Of a stretch of DNA of 64,000 nucleotides, positions 46,401-58,400 are shown piece after piece. Position 1 is the first letter of the stretch, and each line of letters opens with the position of its first letter. The notes beneath the pieces are model-generated. The model was not told the DNA's origin. It did no database searches and saw nothing but the letters and a program-made list of their open reading frames with translations. The stretch is from Phoronis australis (taxonomy: Eukaryota; Animalia; Phoronida), in NCBI GenBank assembly GCA_002633005.1, contig NMRA01000656.1:50571-114570 (forward strand). The letters are read 5' to 3'. Position numbers and translations under genes: made by a program.

Positions 46401-49400
46401 GGGTCAATGTATTTTAGAAAAATGGTGAGTGTTGATGTCCCTTGTGCGTGGAAGTGAAGCACCTGGCATCTAACACGACATGCAAACACCCAAGGAGATA
46501 ACAAATAACAGTTAGTCACAGAGCAAAGATAAGTAATCAAGAGAATGACGTTAGAGGATACGTAACAAGAGTTATGTTAGCAAACAGTCTGTATGTGAAT
46601 CTACAGCCCATAAGAATTTATGACAAGACTGTCTTGGTGAAAACTTAATTTCACTTAGCCCTCATGAAAGTCAAAATATCGTGAAAAGGACATATCTCAG
46701 TTTGCTCATAAACAACTGGAGCTCTTCTAATCTCTGTAACTGCAATAAAATGATGGATACTAAATGATGAAAATTCCCATTCTATTGGACAATTTGGAAG
46801 GGACGTGCCACCACCTTGAGTGGTTGATTTTTTAAGATAGTGCCTCAGATAGGAATCTTCTTGGTACGTATTTTGACTTGTTAGTCAAAGGACCTTGTCT
46901 GATTTGATGACGTGGAAAGCCGAGCATCTATGGGTCTGTCCCGAGTGTGACAACGCTGGTTCTGCACCCAAGTAATACCCAAGTAATTTTGACTTAGTGG
47001 TACAATATTGACTCAGCAGGCCTGAACAAAAGAAGTGGGAGTAGGAGGGAGAAGTATAGTGTCATCTTTAGGTTTTGATCATAATTTATGATGTTGGCAA
47101 GGGTACCTAATTTCTGTCGCTTGGGCTCACCTTGATTTTGAATGAGTGGCTGTACCCCTTATCCATTACCTGGAAGAAAACCCTTAAAAAGAAATCCAGC
47201 CAAGCAGAGCAGTTTTACAAAAAGAGCCAAAATAATTAAGATGTAAGACTTTGACTGAAAACTGTTGTGACATCATTTTTATTATAGTGACATAAGCACG
47301 GAACAATCAATCAATACAGCATATCATAAGGCTTATTCTTTCATTAGCTTGAATACAAGTGACTATGGTTTGCCGGGTGTAACTTCGCACATGAACCAAT
47401 ATTTCCCATTGCATCTTGTGTCTTGCCACGTCATGTTTTGCTGAGTATTGATGCTCAGACAGTGTTCATCCTTATCGCGTGTTTGAACGGGTTCACCTGG
47501 AAAAAAAACAAAGATGCATGTGAACACACACGTGAGCAGTTTCCCATTACAGAATACATGCCCAACAGTTTCCCAAAATATTATAATTTGCAACAACAGC
47601 ATGAGATAGGTGTATTCAAGCAAGTGTAGCATTGTGAAATTCTTTTTAAGCTAGCTAAGCACATACAATATATGTGTCCTAGCAGTGTGGAAACCAAGCA
47701 GTCTTCTAGCAAGCCTCAAGAAGTAATTGGTCATGGATAGAATTCAAGAATTTCACTAACTCCCATCCTGCCAAATAGCCGACTACATCGTCTAATTTCT
47801 GCTTCAAAGGATAAGCATACAGTACGTGATAGGTTAATGGCTCACAAAAGTCAATTACGTCAATCCAATATCAAAAACTTCAAATAACTACAATGAACCA
47901 AGTTCGAAGTGGCAAATCACTGAGGGGTGAAGCATTCAGTGAACTTCCTCCAGTCTATGGTTTTAGCAAAGTAATTTCCCTTACCCCACGTTAGTTTTGA
48001 CTAATTAGTCATTACTAAAATGTGACTAATAATGTAACTAAATAATTAGTCATGACTAGAATGTGACTATGATATCTCAGTATATTTGATGGTGTGACTA
48101 AAATATGACTAATATGACTACATAATGAGTCACGAATAAAATATGACTAGATCATCTTAGAAGGTCTACACTCACGATGTGCATCAACAACTGGAATTCT
48201 CTTCCAGTCTCTGTTAAGGAAAGCAACTCTTTTACGAGAATAAAAAATAATTTTAGAACTGTTTTTCACAATTTTGATAACTCAACACCCTTAACTCAAT
48301 TCTCCCTTCCCCGCGATAACGAAATAGTATTGTACAGATCAAGATGTAGTCTTTTCCTCAATTCTAACAAGTTTAGGCATAACTTTAGTAATGTTTCTCC
48401 AAGATGTAAATGTGGTGACCATCTATCTAATCCTCTTCAAATGTCGCCTCCTCAAATACCTGATAGACTCACTCTTTCGTGCACTCAATGAAAACCAATC
48501 AATTGTTAACGCTCTCAAGTCTTGTAACAATATCCCTACTAGAGTTACATTATTATTGAATGGTAGTCCTAACCTTGACCTCATTCTCAAGGAATTCCTC
48601 CTAAGCAACGTTAGTAAAGTTTTATGTACCGTTTATCAATATTGCTGTTTCTGATTTCCATACATGTTTTTGTTTTTATATATTTGCAACAGCATATATT
48701 ATCTAAATATTGGGATGCTACTTAAATGTATATACCTCTATGTATATCAGTTTCATTTATGAATTGTTTACAACCCAGATATAATGCTTCGCGATTTCTG
48801 GGTTTGTCATCATTTCTTTGTATGTCTTGTGTATTCTTCAATAAATATATATCACTTTAAAAAAAATCATCTTAGATTATGTAATGGCTTGACTAAAATG
48901 TTCATGACATATGTGGATGTGACTAAATTATGTTTGCTTTGTTTGAATGTGTCTGATCTACTTTAGAGTTTATCAGTGATTGGCTGATTTCAAATTTCAC
49001 AAATATGGTGGCTGGGATAAACAATTGGTTCCTCTGTACGTTGACTCAGCATTAGTACACATGAAAACTGCATGTATCTAATGATGGTCAGTGACTGTGT
49101 TCACATGAAAGCTTCCTTTACTAACTTCATTTACTTCAGTTAGTAATTATCAATTTCAGCTTGATCTAATGGGGGACTTCTCATATTGGCGCTCTCTAGA
49201 GTAATGAGAGCATAAAAAATGGCTTATGGTTTATCCTGACTCAGATTTGGTCGGCAGTGGGAATAGTGGTTCCTAAATATAAAAGCAGGAGAATTGATTT
49301 CAGTTTCAGACCCTTCCATTGTTTGATTAGTTAAAGTCCATAAACTTATTTTAGATTTTTGACACCAGCTGGGATTGAAAATCTCCCGCTTCATCAGTGG

Positions 49401-52400
49401 CAGCCAGCTGGCTTTGTCAGGAATACATCTTCACAGCAGGAAATGTATGGAACAGAGCATCATCAATTCATATTTTAAAAGGTTTGCCTTTTTGGTACAT
49501 CCCAATGAATAGCAGTGGAAATTTGCATGCATTATGTTAGCAGGAAAGGCCTTAATATGCTGTTCATACCAGTAAGAAGAAACCTGTCTGAATAACATGG
49601 GATTTGTAGGTGGCGCTGAACGCCAGTTCACTAAAGACCTAATCGCAGGTGGGTTAGTAAATTTCAATATGGTGCTGCTATTTCAAAAGTCAGCTATTGG
49701 CATCGATTCAACATGAGAGTTGGGGGGAACCGTAACAGGCTCTTCCCAGAGATAATCATGAGCTATACCACAGCCATTGTGTGGGTCTTTGGGTTATAAG
49801 GATATGAAATTAATGTAAAAAATATTTTGCATTAGGCATGTTTTGCATTAGGCATATGCCAAATTAATGCCCATCACACCCCAAAATCAATCTTCTGGAA
49901 TAGCTGCTTCATTCATAGATCTCAAATTGATTGTTTGTCAAGTTATGGGTGATTTCTAGCTACAATGAGTGAAATTTTTACGTGCAAGTTCTAAAATTGG
50001 TGAAGCTTGGTGCAAACCTTATCAAGAAAATTTTGAATATCACCCGGACAATAGAATGCCATTTGATATTGTAGCACCACTTACGAAAGGCTAAACAGGC
50101 GATTATTTTAACACGTGGACCAAAAACATTAATTACTATATTCTAACCTTAAAAAATCAAATTTTTGTGACAGTTAAAATGTCATTATATCCATGGTTTC
50201 TGACAAAAAACAACTTTTGATTTAGGCCACTTACCAATATAAAATTGGTCTAACTTGTCTTTCATCTTACTCAGCTTAGAAGTGTTCTCTGGGCCACCGA
50301 AGGACACCTGGCGTCTTGTTACTTTTTCAGACAAAGCTCATTAAAATTTCAGGTCAATAGAGCCTCGCCAAAAGAAATAATAAGCTGTCAGGTCTTCCAT
50401 AGCCCAAAATCATTCCTCATATGAGTAAGGAATAATTTGAGACCACTTTAACTTTCTATCATTGTCTAATAAGGCCTTACATACTAACTTAACTCCAAGA
50501 CGAGTGGAGCTTCCACGTGAACTGCGAAGTCAATTGAACCATTCATACACGCTTCCGAAGATCACATCATCCAATAAAGTGTAGGTGATGCTGTCGTCAT
50601 TGAAGTAATTGCAAGGTAGCGCTGATGCATCCTGTGCACGCCAAGATGTTTTTAATGTGACAATTTGAGAGCATTTTTGTTTGAAAATTATAATAAAACT
50701 TATTTCTAATTTGATTAGTTATCATTCGAGCAAAATAGTAGCAAATATTAGCAGCGACGCTACCCTTTAATTGTTGACGACAGCAGAGGCTCCTGACGTT
50801 CAAACACACCACAGCACCAACACTCCGTAGTGAAATCCAACTGTTTACTGCGAAATTAACTGGTGCTGTTAACTTACATCTGCGAAGTTAATTGTTCACG
50901 ACCGCAACTCACCAAAGATGGAGGTCTTGACATTAGTATGAGAGGGCATATAGGCAAGTCTTCACATAGCTTATAACATAACTTACGGTAAAAGATTATC
51001 CTGGATCACATACAGACTACACACTTCACTAGGCTACTGTGTTCACATAACAAAACTTGTTCCATGGTTCCAGGATTGAATCATAGAGGATTTCTACCAG
51101 GACCATGTTGGTCAAGGTAAAATTAAAAACAAAAAATGCATAACACTGAGTTCCAAATAAAACAAAGCAACCAATAAGATGAAAGCGCTCAGAGGAGCAA
51201 CACTTGGCGAAATTAACTGAAAAAAGACCACGATTGACATGATGACATCGATGATGATTATAATGATGAAGGTGACGACTATGAACACCACTTTAACAGG
51301 CATGTGACTAGTGAAGATTTGAGAAATCAGTAAATAGCGACACTTGGCGAAATTAACTGAAAAGACGACGATGGAGATGATAACGAAGATGACGAATATG
51401 ATGATGATGGTGGCGATGATGAACAACATGATAACATTCATATGACAAACGTAGATGTCAGAAATCAGTATGAAATAGGCTACAGTTTTGTTCAGTTGCC
51501 AGTAAACTAACAGCGCGGCAAAATCGGTCAACAAAGTAAAAGCGTTTTCAGAAAATCTTCAAATAATTCAAAAAGTAGATGGAAAATATGTTCTTCTGAA
51601 AGCCCATTTAAAACTCTTATCCAAGTTTCACAAAAATCTGTAAAATTTTCGAAAACATTGAAATTTTGCATTTTTTTGAAATTCAAAGTCAAATAACTTG
51701 AAAACAGTAAGTCTGAGAAAAAAATTGTTACACGTCATTTGAAAGGGTATACCTTTGAGAATCCAAATGCAAAAGTTCACCTTATTTTCTCTTCCCCACC
51801 AGATCCGCCATCTTAGAAGCAACTTCCGGTTGTTTAGCATTGAATATTAGATTGTCATAGAAAACTAATACCTGAAAAATTTTGAAGCAATTGGTCCTAT
51901 AATGCGCCCTATAACGTTTTTGGCCCAAACTTGAGGTGCGCATGTGCAACTGCCGATATTTCTGCCATCTTTGAAGTAAATAATTTCTAGCTTAATCGTA
52001 GTACCTGACTGTATGGTTTTGTATTTCTGCCGATTTTCAGCCCAATACGTCAAAAATTGCGGCCTCTATGAGCAACTGAATAAAAAATCGGAAAAAAAAT
52101 GGCTGCCACATCCCCCATATTGGATCCGATCATGACTAAAAACAATAGGCTTCCAGTACTTTCGGGACTACAACTTGTGTAAAAATTTTGTGAAAATCCA
52201 ACAAAAAAGCGACCTGTAGAGTGCGAACAATCAAAAAAAGGCAATAAATTTCGCCAAGTAAAAAACAAAATGGAAACTTTACAACAGCACTGTAGGCCTA
52301 CCTGGTTTCCAGTTTTCATAGATGCCTGTTATCCGTCCACCAGTCGACTTCCAGCGCCATACACCATTATGTACTAAAGACCCTGATGTCCAGATTCTTT

Positions 52401-55400
52401 TAATACTCTTTGGGACATTGTACTCTGTCAAGATGGTGCCTACTGTATTTTGTTCGGCTTGGGACTCGATTGACAACAGATGGCTGGCAAAAGTTTTACA
52501 ATATCTTTTAGCTGTTGTCCAATTTTTAGGACTTTGCACTAGCTTATAGCAAGAATCCAAGCCACGGATAAACGTTGAAGGACATTCTACCAACGAAATC
52601 TTCTTGATGACTTCCTTGGAGAAAGATACCATTTTCCTGTCCAAGAGCATCAGTTGTTGTCTCATAGATATCTTGATGTCATTCAGAAGCCTGCTGGTCT
52701 CCATCTTTTGGTTTTCAATCTGAGATTGAACAGTCATCAACTGCTGCGTAGCTATATTGTGAAAGGAGGTCTGCAGGTTTTCAAGGTCATCAATTCTTTT
52801 GTCAAGGGTATTCAAGGTCAATATCTGGTAAGAGGTTGAATCTACCCCAATGAGTGAGATAGCTCCAGTATATACCACATAAAATATTGCAAGTATGTAC
52901 ATGCTGACAATTCACAATAAAAGATGCAAAGATGAACTCCTTATATACTACAGGAGAAAAGTTTACCAGTAAATTTCAGGAGGGTTCTGATGTTGTATAA
53001 ACAGAGTAAATCAATAAGTTACAGAGCGATTGTCAATGTTTCAAAATGCACTGTTTCAAATTCTACAAACCATTAACATAAAGCACCGAGAAAGTTGTCA
53101 AACTTCAATTGATAACTGGCATAACTCAGCGTTTACAAGACTACAACCCCTGAAAAATTAGAGTGACCCATCCCTAGGTGTGCCACACCTGCAAACTCCA
53201 CCAAAGTGTTACATAAAGAGAATAGATAAAGAAAGGGTTGTAGAACACAGACTCTGAGCACTGCTCAGGAGGTTCAAAATGGATGACATCAAAATGAGGT
53301 CAAATAAGAATGAAGCAGTTAATTATAGCCAAAATAACACCAATGAGAATCACTTTCCCGTCCTGGTGAAAATGTAATTTCTCTCAACCCTCACAACAGT
53401 TTAATCACAAAATGGGCATGCCTTAAATTACTGCCAACTTGGGTGGGTACGTGGCGGGAATCACATGTTATTAGTTCAACTATGCTTGTAATCTTGGAAT
53501 GTAAGGTTATTCTTTTGCCTTTCAGGTGCTCACCGATTCTCGAAGAGTCTTGATTCCTGCTTTTTGACTACCAATCAGTCTACTAATGGCTACAGCAACA
53601 TATGAAAAGGCAACCTCAAAACACAAAGAAAATCAACTATACACTCTTCAAAAACAGAATAAAAACAGACAATCAGTGCACAAAGAAACTGTACAGTGTA
53701 TGCCGGACAAACGTGGAAGTTTCAAGAACTACAAAAATTCAAACAGAATGACCAAAGTGTCCCCCATCACCCCAGAATGCCGGCATTTTTAATTGCTTTT
53801 GAATTACAGCAAATGAATTTTCAATGTGTACTTGACCTTGGAAACATAGTCTCACTTGTGCCTCAAGAAATAAAATAAAATAAAAACATGTGTAAGGCTT
53901 CCAACAACATTTTGCAAGAAGAACTCAAACTGTGATGTGGTACAATCATTTCTCAATATGACCTTTAAAACAATGTCAAGATTTCTCGAAATCGACCGGC
54001 ACCAGGAGTTGCCCCATCTATACCTGGGTAGGAAATCATGAAGGAACACTGAAATGCTGGGCGGGAGACATGCAACTGACCATCATAACTATCTTCAAAA
54101 TTAAAAAATAACTGTTACCCATGTTCAAATTCACTCAGGTGTAGTGAAGTTAGTGTGAACTTAGCCTGGTGCAACAATGATGAAGTAGTATGCGGTGACT
54201 TCACCAGGTTGTGACGTGTGACAGCATGGGGAGCAGGCTTTTATGCAGCGTACATCCTGGGCGTCTAAATGAACACCCTAGCACTAATATGGACACTGCC
54301 CAATGTATCATTTGGACGGCCACTGTCAATAGGAACCTTTCAAGTTTGGACACACACATTGTAATGATTACTAGGAAGCCTCGGAAAGCTCAGTGGGGGC
54401 TCTTTTTTCAAAGCAGGAAGAAATATACAATGTATATACAAAGTATATACAATGTGGCTATGCTCACACTTGGTTGATAGCTTTGTAAAAGTTTTGGTCT
54501 ACACCAATTTTTTTATCAAAAATGCTCACTATAGAAAGCTGTTTTGTAAAAACCTTGGTCTATGCATTTTTTGTAAAAAATCTGTGTGTTTGGGGAGATT
54601 GCTGGGGGTGGGGGTTACGCGTCGGAATTATGGATGCCCTGGAATATTGGGAACCCTTTTTGGACATCCTATTTTCGAAATCCTGGATAAAGGCCTGATG
54701 GGAAGAAGTGGAAAATGTCGTATTATTTAGGTTAGGATTTTTATCATTTTTACCCATTTTCTCAGTGGCCTAGGTATTTTTCTGGGTGCAGAACACACAT
54801 ATCTATAAAGTGGAAGACAGTCCTTACAAGTATCCAATTTCAATTGCTGAAGACCATTATCAGTTTCACAATCAACTTGAAATTATATTGTATTTTAATT
54901 CACACAAATCTGGTTATTTGTGATTGATGGCCTGATTTTCCAATATAAAGAAGACACCGAAACTGCGCTCGATTGCCAAACAGCAGATAACGTTTGCTAT
55001 CGCTTATTAAGTGATCCTTTCAAAGCTGTTGATTGGCAATACAACTTTTAAAAAACCTTGAGTAATTAGTGTTTAAGTGATGAGAACTTGATGGCTCCCA
55101 TTTACACTTCACAGTTTGAAAACTTGCTGGTAAAGCCTTGCACTGAGGTTCGAAAAACATTATTTAAAGCAACTATTAAAACTACCTTTGCTCACAAAAA
55201 AAAACAGCAAGTGACCTAGATCGGGTCATAAATTGTTCCTTGTGTCAAAATGGATGCAACTTCTGCTTGACACCAGGCTTTATAAGATGGCTCGTCACCA
55301 CGTTATTTAATTCATCAACCATGGTCTCAAGCGATAACAAACTGCCATTACTTTGCAACATAAAAATCACCCCTGACTTCCTAAAGGAACAAGTCGACAC

Positions 55401-58400
55401 TAATTTTATATCAATAAGTGGTCTAAATCAATTTTTTTGATGGAAAGTGGGTTTATGGTAGCCTTAAGAAGAAGAAGGTAGGAAATGTATATAATGAACT
55501 GGTGCAAAAAAATTTGAAACAAATGACTTTAATTCATCGTTTGTTTCAAATTTTCATTCAAACCAATACAGTGTGGCGAAATACTTGCTTTCAGAGACCA
55601 GAACGTGATGACTGTCAATATGTCGTTATTTACTGAAGTGTGGACAGAAATAGTGCAAAAATATCAAGAGACTGTCAGTATCAAAGAAATATTCCATGCT
55701 TCTGTGACGCACTTTTGAAAAAGTATTCAAACACAAATGCTAGGTACTATGTACTTTAGGTAGCTTTTAAACTTTTATGTCAAACTTTTTTAGAGTTTGC
55801 AAGAGTTACATGGTATTACGTTGTTTCAAAAATACAAAAGTGATACATTAGTGACTACCAATTGTTAAAATGCTAAAACAGGGTTTAATGCCTCTTTAAC
55901 AATTCCAATTTTTATAACTGTGCAAACCTATACTTACCAGTCAACTTTTAACGGGACTCGAGAGACCTGTTGTCCACCATTGGTTGGCAATAATCTGAAT
56001 TTGTTGCTACCGTAGTGATGACTTTGAAAGAGCCTCTCAGTTGAGTGATCTTTACTTGGAATGTTGTCACTTAAGTAGAGTGCTATGAAATTATATAGAA
56101 GTTAATTGATGAATAAATGAAAGTACTCGCCACAATTAACAATCACGCAAAATGAAAAAGGCATTCGACATGTGACTGCATTGCCAATATCCGCATTATT
56201 TTTTAGTGTTTAACTTTACAAGCTGGCATGTAATATATTTACCCAAACTTCACTGAATTCCTTGCAGATCAAAATCCCTTGCTAAGCAGCTTGTACACAA
56301 GTCTAGTCGCTCCCTTGAGTTGCAAAATTTGGTTATACAACAGAGGTTGGGACATATCAACAAATGAACAGCAGATGTAATGTATGTTATTTCTCTCCTT
56401 CTCTAGTTAACCAATTTTTGCCATTCAAAAACTGAAAAATTTCAATTTTCTATGATGGATTTAGTTTTCATAGAGCACAGTGTCTAAAGTACTATTAGTT
56501 GGCAAAGAATGTTGCCATAAGGGCCTTTCATGCTGACCTAACTCCAGTCTGACCAGAGTGTTGAAGTAAACTGAGAAGTTAGCTGCACCGTTTATACCGG
56601 CTTTGGTAGTTAACGGACATTGAAGTAAACGGCAGGTGACACTGTTGTTATCGAAGTAATTGCAAGGTAGCGCTGATACATCACGTGCATGCTAAGATTT
56701 TTCAATGTGACAATTTGGGAACATTTACATATCCTAATTGACACATTAATTGCTAATTTGATTGGTGATTATTCGAGCAAAATATAAGTAATTATTGGTG
56801 TCAACACTGCCCTTTAGTTGTTGGCGATAATAGTGGCACCTGGCGACAACTTAGATGGGACCGAAGGTGACCATTCATACTGCACCACAGCCTCAAAACT
56901 GCTGTAAAATCCACCTGTTTACTGCGAAATTAACTGGCGCTGTTGAATTTGATACAGGACCGAAGTTTACTGTTCATGCTAAGGGCAACTCCCCAAAACA
57001 TAGAAGAGTTGTTTGTATGAAAGGGCCTATAAACAGTTATCACTGACACCCTGATCCCCAAACAAAAGAAGACAGTGATAAAAGTTCATGTGCTGTGACA
57101 ATAGTAAATCCACTTAAGCAGTATTTCATAGTTGACAGATGGGACATGAGCTGTAGCACCTAAAGGGTTGGTTATCATCAACAACAAAACGTCTAATGAG
57201 AAATTATCTTTACTCTGCATCAACCCCCAGTTGAAAGACATTAGACACAACGACCAGCAGGGGCAACGGACGAACAAACAATCTACTGTGAGAATTTGGA
57301 GGTACGCATAATCTCGCATCTTCCCAAAATGTCACACCACCTACTCTGACCCTGCATCATTTACATCCAACACTATGAACCAGTACGACACTCGACCTTC
57401 AGCTATTCATTGCAACTGTGCCAATCGCTATTTCACAGCAAGTGACTTAAACATTAATTTTGTTATTCTAATGTTGGAATTATTTACTAGTGCATAGTGA
57501 GCTGCACTGGAGTAGACATTAATATACAACCCACCGGCTTAAGAGAGCTTTGGCCGATAGATAGAGATGAACGCCAAAAACAGACTAAAACATACTAAAA
57601 ATGGTCACGACAAGGTGTACACTACGTCAAATATATCTGAAAACGAAAAGGTGTCATCGCCTCATTAATAGAAACCTGTTTGCCAAATTTCGTAAAAATC
57701 TACCAAGCAAATCCAAAGATACAGAGGAAAACGGTGAAAAAATGTCGTTATCTGTTGTCATCTTTATACAAATACGATTGACAAATGTAACAATCCTGCA
57801 GAGCATTTACAAGATACAGCCACAGGCGCAAAGAAAACAAAACTGCCACTAGCAGACACCACAGTAGTCAGTGCCAACAAAGATGCCGATGCCAATTGCC
57901 ACTAGAGAACACACTGGTAGTTGGATCTGTCCAAAAATTCACTCATGCCGTCCCATCCGTGAAGGAAACATATCCGCCAAATTTTATAACAAACATCAAG
58001 GAATTTTGGAGATACAACGGCGGACGCCGGATGGAGGAACAGAGATGATGACATAATGCGGCATAAAAATGAAATAAACAATTCATTAAACCACAAGAGT
58101 TATACTTAGCTACTCCCACAATGCAAACATTGCGTGTCTGAAATCGCTGCTGTCAGCCACGGATCCAGGATTTTTTCAGGGTGGTATAATCAGAGACAAA
58201 TACAGTGGGTGCTTGAGACTCCTTTACTGCAGCAATGTAAAGGTGAGAGAGCAGAGGCGTGGGTCTGAAGCACCTGAATCCCCGTTTTGGATCCGCACCA
58301 GGTTGTATCACCAAGTCTCATAACAAGCTTCTAACATCATTGCTCAAGTTAAATAACAAGTGTTACGTATGGGGGTTACGGTTGAAAATCTGTGGGCGTC

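Noticed and set aside
53852-54049. 'YRWGNSWC' as a third lectin exon 2
   Set aside because: No phase-1 acceptor, no F-x-C-E ending, no matching exon 1.
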